A stretch of 64,000 nt of DNA from NCBI GenBank assembly GCA_965203905.1, contig CBDBDQ010000005.1, positions 5,856,001 to 5,920,000 of the forward strand. Direction: 5' to 3'. This document shows positions 28,983-38,794 of the stretch, in pieces. The stretch's first letter is position 1, and every line of letters starts with the position of its first letter. Below the pieces are notes generated by a model. That model was not told the DNA's origin. It made no database searches and was given only the letters and a program-made list of their open reading frames with translations. Position numbers and translations under genes: made by a program. Source of the DNA: Spirochaetia bacterium. GTDB taxonomy: Bacteria; Spirochaetota; Spirochaetia; SZUA-6; Bin103.

Positions 28983-30083
28983 TCACCCCACGTGGACTGA
29001 TGAAGGTGCCACGTCTCGGACTTTCTCGGCAACGATATAGAAATTGATCGAGAGCAGTTGCAGCCGGTCGACCTCGTACCAGGCCTCGCCGCCAGCATTC
29101 AGTCGGTCCAACATCATGGCCCAGTGGCGCGGCAGAATATGCCACTTCGAGAGTCGCGATATCCACCTGCCAAGTGCCTTGTAGTGGCGATTCAAGTACC
29201 CGTACAGTACCACGCTGTTGCTGTTGTCGTTGCTGCTGGCATCCAGGTCCTCCGCGTGGACGATCTCGAAACCCGAGTCCTGCAACCACTGCAAGTACTC
29301 GGTGGCGAGTGGTGAATACAGTATCGTCAACAGCGGTTTGGTCTTTACCACCAGCTCCCGGTGCGCCTGATTGTTTCGGTCATAGTGCGGGTTACGAACG
29401 CAACCCAGTATCACAAAACGCCCACCGACACTCAGGAGACGATTGACATGAGCGAAGTAGAGTGGCTTGTTGTGGGCGTAGTTCAGCGATTGAATCTGGT
29501 AGGCCGCAGAAAATTCTCTGTCTGAAAAAGAGTCGAATGTCTCTGCCAGGTTGAAATCACCGAGGAGGAAGCGATTGGGAGTCTTGCTGTTGCTGGCAAG
29601 ATCCTGCGCGATCTCGACCTGGACCGGATCGATGTTGATCCCACACACCGTACAGCCGGTCTGTTGGTACACGTTGATCGCCACGAGGCCCCGACCACAG
29701 CCCAGGTCCAATACTCTGCTGTCGGCGTTCAGGACCGGACGCAACGCCGCGATGACCTTGTCCTCAAGCAGTGCCTGGTTCTTCAACAACGATCCGTTCC
29801 GGTCCAGGAGCGGGGGCAAGTACATCTTGTCGACCTGTCCAAGAGCGCACAGGAAATTCAATACCCGATACAGGTCACGGAGACATTTCTGATAGAACTG
29901 TAGGTGTCCTGGGCCGAATTCCTCCCTCATTTCTTCCTCGGAAATGAAGTCATGCGAGAGCATGTCGTACGACCGTATGTAGTCGTATATGGCTTCTCTG
30001 GGCATACGAAGCAGTCGATAAATCGTCTGAATTACGGTGATTATTCTCTTCACGATGATGCGTCCTGGCGGGTCCGACTGCAT
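28983..30083 (-). CDS. Class I SAM-dependent methyltransferase, sterol-methyltransferase-like layout, low GC
   Basis: RVLDLGCGRG, GINIDPVQV, GDFN, LSVGGRF; about 50% GC in a spot-checked line versus about 70% in the flanks. Confidence 0.8.
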   Translation of the reverse strand: MQSDPPGRIIVKRIITVIQTIYRLLRMPREAIYDYIRSYDMLSHDFISEEEMREEFGPGHLQFYQKCLRDLYRVLNFLCALGQVDKMYLPPLLDRNGSLLKNQALLEDKVIAALRPVLNADSRVLDLGCGRGLVAINVYQQTGCTVCGINIDPVQVEIAQDLASNSKTPNRFLLGDFNLAETFDSFSDREFSAAYQIQSLNYAHNKPLYFAHVNRLLSVGGRFVILGCVRNPHYDRNNQAHRELVVKTKPLLTILYSPLATEYLQWLQDSGFEIVHAEDLDASSNDNSNSVVLYGYLNRHYKALGRWISRLSKWHILPRHWAMMLDRLNAGGEAWYEVDRLQLLSINFYIVAEKVRDVAPSSVHVG

Positions 30084-30150
30084 ATTGTAACATACGGTCG
30101 GGAACCGTGTCTCGCTGCGGTCGGCAGCCAGCAGATCGTGCTGTGAGGTA

Positions 30151-31368
30151 TCAGTTCGCGGCGGCGGATTCCGTGCCGGTGGCCAGGCGCAGCACCACCC
30201 GGCAGGCCAGCTCGAAGTCGTCCAAGTCCAGGGTCTCGTTCACCGTGTGGGCGTTGCGCTGGCCGACCCCCATGGTGACCGTCGGCAGGCCGCGCGCGGT
30301 GAGGGAGTTTGCGTCCAGGCCACCGTCGGCGATGCGGTACTCGGGGCGGTGGCCGGCCGCCTCCACGGCTGCCGCGGCCGCCACCACGCACGCCTCGTCC
30401 AGAGTCAGCTTGAACGACTCGTAGTCCTGGCTGGCGACCACCTTGACCCGACCGGTCACCCCTTCGCTGCTGATCACCTTGGAGGCGGCGCGGCGGAAGG
30501 CGAGATCGATCTCGCGCACGATGCGCTTGCGGAAGGCCGGGTCGTGACTGCGCGCTTCGGCGCGTATCGTGGCTCGCTCCGTAACCACGTTGGTGGCCTC
30601 GCCGGCATGGATCACGCCCACGTTGCTGGTGCCGCTGTTGCCTTCCCGCTCGATCTTGCCGTGCCAGCCGCTGCGATCCAGGTCGGCAATGGCGCGTGCC
30701 GCGATGGCGATGGCGCTCACGCCGCGCTCCGGGGCGGTGCCGGCGTGACTGGCCACGCCCCCCACCTCGATCTGCAGGCGGTAGGCACCGGTGGCGCCGA
30801 CCACCAGGCTCGCGGCGCTGCCCCCGTCCCAGTTGAAGGCCAGCCGCGGATTGCCCAGGAACGCCTTCGACACGCGCTGCGAGCCGTGCAGGCCGACTTC
30901 CTCCTGCACGAACCAGCAGAACGTGACTGGCGGGTGCGGCAACCCGCGCTCGGTGATCTCCAGCGCCGCGGCCAGCAACGCGGCACAGGCGGCGCGGTTG
31001 TCGGCCCCGAGGCCGGTGTCGCGTCCCGCCGCGCGCACCGTTCGGCCGCGCAGCACCGGCTTGCTGCCGACACAGATCGGCACCGTGTCGAGATGCCCCG
31101 CCAGCAGCCGCCGCGGTCCCCGGCGCGTACCCGGAAGCTTGAGCACCAGGTTGCCGGTGTCGCCGCGCAGTGGCGTGCGCTGGTGAGCCTTGTCGGTGGC
31201 GACCAGCTCCGCGGCGACTCCGGCGTCCTGAAGCTGGCGCGTGATGTAGTCGGCGACTCCCGCCTCCTCTCCGCTCTTGCCGGCAATCGCCATCAACTCC
31301 AGGGCCAGCCGCCGCGCCCGCGCCAGGTCGGGCTGCGGAGCCGTCAGGGCAGCGTCACTTGCACTCAT
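30151..31368 (-). CDS. M20/M28-family metallopeptidase (peptidase T-like)
   Basis: GHLDTV, GADNRA, QEEVG, SHAG, GGLDAN, NAHT. Confidence 0.88.
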   Translation of the reverse strand: MSASDAALTAPQPDLARARRLALELMAIAGKSGEEAGVADYITRQLQDAGVAAELVATDKAHQRTPLRGDTGNLVLKLPGTRRGPRRLLAGHLDTVPICVGSKPVLRGRTVRAAGRDTGLGADNRAACAALLAAALEITERGLPHPPVTFCWFVQEEVGLHGSQRVSKAFLGNPRLAFNWDGGSAASLVVGATGAYRLQIEVGGVASHAGTAPERGVSAIAIAARAIADLDRSGWHGKIEREGNSGTSNVGVIHAGEATNVVTERATIRAEARSHDPAFRKRIVREIDLAFRRAASKVISSEGVTGRVKVVASQDYESFKLTLDEACVVAAAAAVEAAGHRPEYRIADGGLDANSLTARGLPTVTMGVGQRNAHTVNETLDLDDFELACRVVLRLATGTESAAAN

Positions 31369-32393
31369 CGGCTCAGGCTTGCCGGCTGCGGCGCGGTCAT
31401 TGGCACCGCGGCGTGGTATTGGTACGTGGGATCCACCTTCTGCCGGCGCAGAATCGCTATGATGCCGCTCCAGGTCGCGATCAGCCCGCGTGGACTCGGC
31501 GGCAAGTCGTGACGAATCAGCCGGTGCAGACGCCCCAGCCGGTAGCACGGGACCGCGGCGTACATGTGGTGCTCGATGTGGAAGTTCATATGCCAGTAAA
31601 GGAAGCGCAGGATCGGGTTGAGCATGATGGTACGGGTGGAGAAGCGGAAGTCGGCCACGTTGTCGCGCAGTCCCACGTGCTGCGCCGCGTTGCACAGGTA
31701 CTGCACACCGCCGGCGTAGAAGCGTGAGAAGGTGGTGACCAGCGGCACCGCCCACCACCCGAGTGCGAGGCAGATCACGACGATGGCGCCGTGGCCCAGA
31801 AACAGGATGCGGGCCCAGTTGAACAGCCGGCGGCGCTGTGCCGGATCCGACTCCGGAAACAGGTGGCTCTCCCACTCCCCCTGCACCCGGCCAAAGCACC
31901 AGCGCAGATTGCTTTGCGCCGTTTTCACGATCCCCAGGACGTCGACCGCCGCCAGGCGCAGAAACGTGCGCAGGGTGATGCGGGTGGGCAGCACCACCTC
32001 GAGGTCGTCCGGAGGATGCAGCGTGTACTTGTGATGCGCGGTGTGGCTGGCCCAGAAGTGCACATGGCTGTACCAGCCCCAGAACGCGAACACCCACAGG
32101 AACACCCGGTTCAGCCACCTGGTCCTGAACACCGAATCGTGCACCAGTTCATGAAAGCCGTTCACCAGGAAGCTGCTGCAGGTGCCGTGCACCAGGAACA
32201 GCAGCAGCACCAGCGGCCAGGTCAGCCTGCCCACCGACCACACGGCGACGCCTCCGGTTACCACCAGCACCGCGAGGTAGCCCAGCGTCTGGACATAGCC
32301 CAGCAGGTCGTTGCGCCGGTTCAGCTCGATCAGCGTCTCCCTGCTGACCGGCGACCGGTACCAGGAGATCCGAGGCGCTCGGTGTTCACCCAC
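31365..32393 (-). CDS. Fatty acid desaturase-family membrane protein
   Basis: His boxes HELVH, HTAHH and HIEHH; ATGA overlap with the peptidase. Confidence 0.85.
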   Translation of the reverse strand: MGEHRAPRISWYRSPVSRETLIELNRRNDLLGYVQTLGYLAVLVVTGGVAVWSVGRLTWPLVLLLFLVHGTCSSFLVNGFHELVHDSVFRTRWLNRVFLWVFAFWGWYSHVHFWASHTAHHKYTLHPPDDLEVVLPTRITLRTFLRLAAVDVLGIVKTAQSNLRWCFGRVQGEWESHLFPESDPAQRRRLFNWARILFLGHGAIVVICLALGWWAVPLVTTFSRFYAGGVQYLCNAAQHVGLRDNVADFRFSTRTIMLNPILRFLYWHMNFHIEHHMYAAVPCYRLGRLHRLIRHDLPPSPRGLIATWSGIIAILRRQKVDPTYQYHAAVPMTAPQPASLSR

Positions 32394-32458
32394 GGGGTTA
32401 AACCTATCATTTCCGGTTCTGGCTGTGCCATCGTACAGTCCGCACAGGAGGTGACAGC

Positions 32459-33448
32459 ATGCGATACCTGGTTCTGGGCGCCGGCGCGATCGGAGGGACG
32501 CTCGGCGGCCATCTGTATCGCGCCGGGCGCGAGGTGGTGCTGATCTCACGTCCCGCCCACGTGGCGGCGATTCGGGCCGGAGGTCTGCGCCTGGTCACCG
32601 GCGACGGCGACTACCGGATCGACGTGCCGGCGGTCGACTCGGTGGCCGCGGCAACGCCGTTCAGCGGCGAGGACGTGGTGCTGCTCACCTGCAAGGCACA
32701 GCACACGGTTGCGGCCCTGGGCGAGCTGCGCGCGGCGGGGGCGTCGCCCACCCTCCCCATCGTCTGCTGTCAGAACGCCATCTGGAACGAGTCCCACGCG
32801 CAACGGGTGTTTTCCAGCGTCTACGGCGCCGTGGTGTTCGTCCCGGGGTTCTTTCTCGACCCCGGCGAGGTGATCAACGCGCGCGTCGGCCACTACGGCT
32901 ACCTCGAGGTGGGCCGCTACCCCGCGGGTACCGACGCGCTCTGCGCCACCCTGGTGGAGGACCTCGCAGCCGCCGGCTTCGCCGCCGCAGTGAACGGGGC
33001 CGTGATGCGCGCCAAGGGCGCCAAGTGCCTGGGCAACCTGGCCAACGCCGTCGCCGCCATCACCGGCAGCCAGCGCGGCGCCGAAGCCTTCATGGCGCGC
33101 GCCCGCGACGAGGCGCGTCGGGTGTGGCGGGCCGCCGGCATCGACTTCGAGGAGAGCGAGGAGTTCGACGTCCGCCGCAAGGAGCGCTATCTCGGGAGCG
33201 ACCGCTGGCCCCGGGACCACGGCCCGCCGCGCCAGGGCGGATCGTCGTGGCAGAGCCTGCTGCGCGGCGCCGGCAGCATCGAGAGCGAGTTCCTCAACGG
33301 CGAGGTGGTGCGGCTCGGGCGCCTGCTCGGCATTCCCGCGCCCTGCAACGAGGTGCTGTGGCGGCGAGCGGAAGAGATGGCCCGCGACGGCAGCTCACCG
33401 GGCCGCTACTCCATCGCCGAGCTCACCCGCCAAGCCGAATCAGGTTGA
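32459..33448 (+). CDS. Ketopantoate reductase-family protein
   Basis: LGAGAIGG, CCQNA, KCLGN, SSWQSL, ESEFLNGEVV. Confidence 0.85.
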   Translation: MRYLVLGAGAIGGTLGGHLYRAGREVVLISRPAHVAAIRAGGLRLVTGDGDYRIDVPAVDSVAAATPFSGEDVVLLTCKAQHTVAALGELRAAGASPTLPIVCCQNAIWNESHAQRVFSSVYGAVVFVPGFFLDPGEVINARVGHYGYLEVGRYPAGTDALCATLVEDLAAAGFAAAVNGAVMRAKGAKCLGNLANAVAAITGSQRGAEAFMARARDEARRVWRAAGIDFEESEEFDVRRKERYLGSDRWPRDHGPPRQGGSSWQSLLRGAGSIESEFLNGEVVRLGRLLGIPAPCNEVLWRRAEEMARDGSSPGRYSIAELTRQAESG

Positions 33449-33456
33449 TGCTTCGG

Positions 33457-33837
33457 TCAGGGGTCGTCAACGCGGAACTGCCATCCGCGGGCTACTGCAC
33501 AGTCTCTGAGTGACGACGACTTGCGCTTGATCTGATTCGTACCGAACTTGCTGAAATCGATGAGTATGTGCTCCAGAAAGGTCTGTGGATCAGGGAGGAC
33601 GGGAAGGTCTTGGGCGCTACATTCGAGCACGGTAACGGCAAGCACTCCGAGCGGCGGATTCTGGTCCTCGCGGGTGTAGTGAGAGCAAGCGTCCTGTGGA
33701 GTGATCTGGTCTCCGTCGTATACCGAGAGTTGCTTGTTATCGCTTGGTCTGGGACGGAAGGCCTGGGAAGATACTGTCCCCGACTGCACCCACATCGTGG
33801 CACTGATGACGCGGTGGAGCAGCGTCTCCTCGTTCAC
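33457..33837 (-). CDS. Hypothetical 126-aa protein, possible ADP-ribosyltransferase-fold toxin
   Basis: LLHR...SSQAFRP...LSV...EHILIDF pattern; GTGA overlap with the upstream gene; low GC. The fold call is inference. Confidence 0.55.
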   Translation of the reverse strand: MNEETLLHRVISATMWVQSGTVSSQAFRPRPSDNKQLSVYDGDQITPQDACSHYTREDQNPPLGVLAVTVLECSAQDLPVLPDPQTFLEHILIDFSKFGTNQIKRKSSSLRDCAVARGWQFRVDDP

Positions 33838-34958
33838 TTAGCGAGCTCGGCCAACTGACTGATCTTGTCGACAAGCCACGACCATCCCTGGTTCGCATCA
33901 AGACTCAGGGAGCGTGTTTCCTCCTGCGAGTAGCCCCTTTCGTACGATAGCCACTCAGCCTGCCGCGTGGCGAGGTCGATTTCGAGGGTGACTGATTGGA
34001 CCCCTATCGACCACTCCATTTCGATTCCTCCCGTGGGCGTGGGAAACGTATGGGGTAGTGGAAGTTCATCTGGATAGTACTGATCAAAGCTCACTGCTAA
34101 CCAGTCCAGTTGATCATGTTGCGGGGCGACTCCGTCGCCGTCCAACCAGCCCGCCTTCATTCCGCGGAACTCTTCGAGCCGCGCCGGAACGTCGAGCGGA
34201 TCCAGCAGAGCAGTGTGTTCAACGGACTGAACGCGGACCAAGCGATCCTGCCGATCGTACCTGCCAAGCCCTTGTATCAGGACCTTGGTGGCGTCCCTGT
34301 AGCCGTTGAAAGCCTCCATAATCGCATCAAGATGCTGATCAGATACCACACCTGTGACCTTGCGTCCTCCGGCCATCTGCAATTCGAAGGTCATTCGGTC
34401 CTGATCAAGTTCCGGAATCAATCCACGAACCCGTATCTCAGCCGTCAGCTCTTTGATTCGTGATGACGCCAAGACCAGTCTTCGACGAGATTCTCGGGTG
34501 AGTCGTGTTACGCTCGTGCGTGACGGTGTAGTGAACTCGATCGACTCACCAGCGCGCAGACTTCGGCCAATTCTGTCAAAGTATCCCAGACACTTCTCGG
34601 GGAGATAGTCGACGACCGACTGGTTCTGTTCTGCCGCAGCAATGGCTCCAACAATCGCTTCGCGAGCGTGTTCAAAATAGCCTTGGAACGGAGGCGGTAT
34701 CTCAGGTAGCGTAGGAACAGCGGATTCCACACTGATCACTGGGATCGCGCTGCCGTCCTGAAGCCCGGTGAGTTTGAATGAAACGCTATCAGCGAGCCCC
34801 TTTGGCGAGCGAGTACGGCCAGGGTTATGCTTCAGGAAACACCACTTGGCGACTTCAATCGCCATCTCTCCGAGACCGGCAAGATCACCAAGAACATCTA
34901 GCGGGATGGCGCCCCCTTCGAAACGACGCCCCCGTAGACGCGGCCGTAAGAACTCCAT
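33834..34958 (-). CDS. Hypothetical 374-aa multi-domain protein (partner of the putative toxin)
   Basis: Long low-GC ORF; central beta-rich OB-like segment; C-terminal RLEE..GWLDGDG.AP...PTPTGGIEMEW domain. Confidence 0.7.
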   Translation of the reverse strand: MEFLRPRLRGRRFEGGAIPLDVLGDLAGLGEMAIEVAKWCFLKHNPGRTRSPKGLADSVSFKLTGLQDGSAIPVISVESAVPTLPEIPPPFQGYFEHAREAIVGAIAAAEQNQSVVDYLPEKCLGYFDRIGRSLRAGESIEFTTPSRTSVTRLTRESRRRLVLASSRIKELTAEIRVRGLIPELDQDRMTFELQMAGGRKVTGVVSDQHLDAIMEAFNGYRDATKVLIQGLGRYDRQDRLVRVQSVEHTALLDPLDVPARLEEFRGMKAGWLDGDGVAPQHDQLDWLAVSFDQYYPDELPLPHTFPTPTGGIEMEWSIGVQSVTLEIDLATRQAEWLSYERGYSQEETRSLSLDANQGWSWLVDKISQLAELAK

Positions 34959-35048
34959 GCCTGGCACTTCGTCCCCCGTTCTACTCCTATTGTACCGTAA
35001 TCAACGCACGTAGAGCAGTTTCACGATACATCAGCGGGCTGATCCGAT

Positions 35049-35084
35049 GTTGCGAGGCCGTTCCACGCGGAACGGCCTCGCAAC
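35049..35084 (-). terminator. Perfect 16-bp stem hairpin after the ABC operon
   Basis: GTTGCGAGGCCGTTCC-acgc-GGAACGGCCTCGCAAC, 25 nt past the SBP stop; no U tract. Confidence 0.7.
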
Positions 35085-35109
35085 GGAAGAAAGAGTGACG
35101 GACGGTCAG

Positions 35110-36750
35110 CTACTGCAGCGCGGCTGCGGCGTCCATCGCCGCCTGGAAGGTGTCCACGTACTCCTGGACGCCCAGGGCATCCAGGCCGGCAACGTAGCCA
35201 TCCCAATCGTTGTCCAGATCCTTCTGGCCGGTGATGAATGCGGCCATGTTCTGGCGCACGTAGGTCTGCACCTCGGCCTGGATCTGGGCGATCCGCTGTG
35301 CGACGTCCTCCGGGAAGTAGAGACCGCCCGAAGTGCCGCGGCCGATCGGCACGCGCATGTCCGGCGCCGGCACGTGCGGGATGTACTTGTCGCTCTCCAG
35401 GACCAGGAACCGCTCATAACCCTCGACCTTGGTGATGTCCTGATCGGCCACCCAGCCGTTGAACAGGTCGAAGTGCCAGAAGATCAGCTCCATCATCCAG
35501 GCGTCCTGGCGCGGCGTGTCGCCCCAGGCATGGGGGGCACCCCACACGATGCCCGGCTGGCCGTTCAGGCCGAGCTCGCCCTCCCGGGCATAGCGCCAGT
35601 TGACGACGCCCTCGGAGTTCTCCTGGATGCCCCAGATCTCCATGATCGTGCCTTCCTCGGTATACGCCCAGTTGGCCATCTCCATCGCCTTGCGTGCCTG
35701 GGCGTCGTTCGCCTTGTCGGTGATGGCGAACTTGCCCCGGTCAACGCCGGACGGCCAGTAGGCGGTCTGCCGCAGACCGGTGGGACCCATCAGCGGCGGT
35801 ACCGCCCGGTACTGCGGCCACAGGTCGTCGTTGCGCGGGAGCATGCGGTTGTGGCCCGCGGTGTAGGAACCCACCACGTAGGGCTCGGTGTTGGTCACCG
35901 CGCGCGCGGCATCGAGGTTCTGGGTGAACGCCTGCGGGTCGATCAGACCCTGCGCGTACAGGCCGCGCATGTAGCGCAGGCCGTCACGCCACTCCGGCTT
36001 GTTGGCGTTGAAGTCCACTTCCTTGTTGTGGTTCATGTACAGGTAGCTGGAACCGTCGTTGTAGATGAACGGGTTCATCGGGTAGTCGTAGACGTCCGCG
36101 GACCAGGTGCCGGTGGCGCCGGTCAACGGAATCTCGTCCGCCTCGCCGTTGCCGTTCGGGTCCTGATCCTTGAATGCCAGCAGCACCGCCTCCAGGTCTT
36201 CGGTGGTGTCCGGCATCTGCAGCCCCAGCGTGTCCAGCCAGGTGGTGTTCATCCACAGCTTCTGCCGCACCGAGCAGTGGTAGCACTCCTCGAAGTGGGG
36301 CAGCGTATAGATGTTGCCGTCCGGGGTGGTGATCTCGGGCCGGAAGTACGGTTTGAACTCGAATGCCGCCAGAATGTCCGGGGCCTGGGCGATCAGGTCG
36401 TTCAACGGTTGCAGGACGCCCTGGCCGCCGTAGCGCATCTGGTCGGCGTTGGTGAAGTGGCCCGACCAGAAGATCTCCGGATAGTCACCGGATGCCAACA
36501 GCAGGCTCTGCTTCTGCTGCGCCTCCTGGCTCGGCACCGCCACCCATTCGATCTTCACGCCGAATTTCTCTTCCATCCAGGCGGTGTACTCGTTCTCCGG
36601 CGAATCCAGGGTAATGATGCGCGGATTCAGTCGGCCGAACATGGTGAGCGGGACCGCGTCGCCCGCGGCCGCTCCCTCGCCCTCGCCCGCGGCGAAGGCC
36701 AATGTGCCGGCCAACAGCAGTACGGCCAGCGTCAATAGAGTCTTTCTCAC
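35110..36750 (-). CDS. Sugar ABC extracellular solute-binding protein
   Basis: AAGGAGG RBS; signal peptide RKTLLTLAVLLLAGTLAFAAGEGE; LASGDYPE, DGNIYTLP, DPNGNG. Confidence 0.88.
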   Translation of the reverse strand: MRKTLLTLAVLLLAGTLAFAAGEGEGAAAGDAVPLTMFGRLNPRIITLDSPENEYTAWMEEKFGVKIEWVAVPSQEAQQKQSLLLASGDYPEIFWSGHFTNADQMRYGGQGVLQPLNDLIAQAPDILAAFEFKPYFRPEITTPDGNIYTLPHFEECYHCSVRQKLWMNTTWLDTLGLQMPDTTEDLEAVLLAFKDQDPNGNGEADEIPLTGATGTWSADVYDYPMNPFIYNDGSSYLYMNHNKEVDFNANKPEWRDGLRYMRGLYAQGLIDPQAFTQNLDAARAVTNTEPYVVGSYTAGHNRMLPRNDDLWPQYRAVPPLMGPTGLRQTAYWPSGVDRGKFAITDKANDAQARKAMEMANWAYTEEGTIMEIWGIQENSEGVVNWRYAREGELGLNGQPGIVWGAPHAWGDTPRQDAWMMELIFWHFDLFNGWVADQDITKVEGYERFLVLESDKYIPHVPAPDMRVPIGRGTSGGLYFPEDVAQRIAQIQAEVQTYVRQNMAAFITGQKDLDNDWDGYVAGLDALGVQEYVDTFQAAMDAAAALQ

Positions 36751-36812
36751 TTGGAAAGCTCCTCCTTGATAAGTGTTTTCCCGGTGCAACGCACCGTGGT
36801 GGAATCCATGGT

Positions 36813-37733
36813 TTAACCCTTCAGCGACCCGATCATCACGCCCTTTACGAAGTGCTTCTGAGCAAATGGATAGAGTACCATTACGGGCACGCTGGCGATC
36901 ACGATGACCGCGTACTTGAGGATGTCGACCAGGCCCTCGCGGGCGATCTCCTGACTGGCGCGCATGGTGGCGCGGGCAGCGTCGTTGAGAATCAGCACGT
37001 TGCGCAGGATGATCTGCAGCGGAAACAAGTCGGTATCGTGCAGGTAGACCAGCGCATCGAAGTAGGCGTTCCAATGCCCCACGGCGTACATCAGGATCAA
37101 CACCGCGATGATCGGCTTCGACAGCGGCAACACCACCGACCACACGAAGCCCAGGTCGCTGCAGCCGTCGATGTCCGCCGCCTCCACCAGTTCATCGGCA
37201 ATGGTGGACTGGAAGAAGGTTCGTGCGATGATCACCTGCCACACCGCCAGCGCCTGCGGCAGCACCATCGCCAGGCGCGTGTTGAGAATGCCCACGGCGC
37301 GTACCGTCAGGTAGGTGGGGATCAGGCCGCCGTAGAACATGAGCGTGAACACCAGTCCCATCATGATCACCTTGCGGCCGTAGAAGTCGCGCCGCGACAA
37401 CGGGTAGGCGATCAGGATGGTCATCGTGACATTGGTCAGCGTCCCGAAGGTGGTGTAGATGATGCTGTTCTGAAAGCCGCGCAGGATCTGCGGGTACGCG
37501 AACGCCGTCCGATACCCGTGCAACGTCGGCTCGACCGGCAGCAGCCACACCTTGCCGGTGGTCACCGCGCGGCCGGAACTGAACGAGGAGCTGATTACGT
37601 AGATGAGCGGATACAGCACCACGAGCAGGATGATGGTGAGAAACGCGATAACGAAAACCAGGAACACCCGGTCGCCGAACGACTCCCGGATGCGGGTGCC
37701 CGGCAGCGGCGTCGCGGCGGATGCGGTTACCAC
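36813..37733 (-). CDS. Carbohydrate ABC permease
   Basis: FYGGLIPTY, EAADIDGC, YPFAQKHFVKGVMIGSLKG. Confidence 0.9.
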   Translation of the reverse strand: MVTASAATPLPGTRIRESFGDRVFLVFVIAFLTIILLVVLYPLIYVISSSFSSGRAVTTGKVWLLPVEPTLHGYRTAFAYPQILRGFQNSIIYTTFGTLTNVTMTILIAYPLSRRDFYGRKVIMMGLVFTLMFYGGLIPTYLTVRAVGILNTRLAMVLPQALAVWQVIIARTFFQSTIADELVEAADIDGCSDLGFVWSVVLPLSKPIIAVLILMYAVGHWNAYFDALVYLHDTDLFPLQIILRNVLILNDAARATMRASQEIAREGLVDILKYAVIVIASVPVMVLYPFAQKHFVKGVMIGSLKG

Positions 37734-38698
37734 AGGCTGTGCTCCGAGACGCGCCGCGCAATGGCGTTGATGGCAATGATGAGGGTGAAGTTGATCACCG
37801 AGTTGAACAGGCCGACCGCGGCGCCGAAGCTGAAGCTGGCGTTGATCAGGCCGATCTTGTAGACGTAGGTGGCGATCACCTCGGAGTTGGGCAGGTTGAG
37901 CGGGTTCTGCAGCAGGAACACCTTCTCGAAGCCGAGGTTCATCACCTCCCCCGATTGCAGGATCAGCAGGATGACGATCGTCGGCAGAATGCCGGTCAGG
38001 TCGATGTGGCGGATCTTCTGCAGGCGCGAGGCGCCGTCGATGCGCGCCGCCTCGTACAGCTCCGGGTTGATGCCGGCCAGCGCGGCCATGTAGATGATGG
38101 CACCGAACCCGGAGCGCTGCCAGATCTCCGAGAACACGTAGATCCACGGAAACGCGACCGAAATGCCCATGAAGTCGACGGGATCCATACCCAGGAGGCG
38201 CGCCAGGTTGCCGGTGAATCCGACCCGTGGGTTGAGGAACAGGATGATCATCGACGCCATCACCACGGTGGAGATGAAGTGCGGGAAATAGGTGACCATC
38301 TGCACCGAGCGCTTGAACGTGCCGTTGCGGATCTCGTTGAGCGCCAGCGCCAGGATGATCGGCGACACGAAGCCGAGGGTCATCACCAGCACGTTGATCG
38401 ACACCACGTTGCGGATCAGCGGGACGAAGTTGGGGGACTTGAAGAACAGCAGGAAGTGTTCCAGTCCCACCCACTCGCTGCCCCAGATGCCCTGCACCGG
38501 CGAGTAGTCGCGGAACGCGATCTGGGCTCCCACCATCGGGATGTACTTGAAGATGATGATGTAGGTCAGGGGAAGCGCCACCATCAGGTAGTACTGCCAA
38601 TGGCGGCGGATCTTGATCCACGGCGTACTCCGTCGGGCCCGGGAGTGCGCCGCCGCGGGCTCCACGCGCACGGAGCCCGCCGTTTCGACGTTGCCCAT
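37727..38698 (-). CDS. Carbohydrate ABC permease (LplB-like)
   Basis: YIPMVG, YFPHFISTVV, LYEAARIDGA; GGAGG RBS. Confidence 0.9.
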   Translation of the reverse strand: MGNVETAGSVRVEPAAAHSRARRSTPWIKIRRHWQYYLMVALPLTYIIIFKYIPMVGAQIAFRDYSPVQGIWGSEWVGLEHFLLFFKSPNFVPLIRNVVSINVLVMTLGFVSPIILALALNEIRNGTFKRSVQMVTYFPHFISTVVMASMIILFLNPRVGFTGNLARLLGMDPVDFMGISVAFPWIYVFSEIWQRSGFGAIIYMAALAGINPELYEAARIDGASRLQKIRHIDLTGILPTIVILLILQSGEVMNLGFEKVFLLQNPLNLPNSEVIATYVYKIGLINASFSFGAAVGLFNSVINFTLIIAINAIARRVSEHSLW

Positions 38699-38794
38699 CA
38701 AACCTCCGTTTGGGTTATCGATTGGTGATGAGGATGGGGTGAATCCCTCTATATATACAGATCCTGCGGGCTGCTGTCGACCCCCGGCGCGGGT

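Noticed and set aside
28983-30083. Definite sterol C-24 methyltransferase call
   Set aside because: The signature YE(Y/W)GWG region is absent, so it is kept only as SMT-like.
33449-35109. Target-site duplication around the ART-like module
   Set aside because: Only a 7-nt CGGTCAG match, which is expected by chance.
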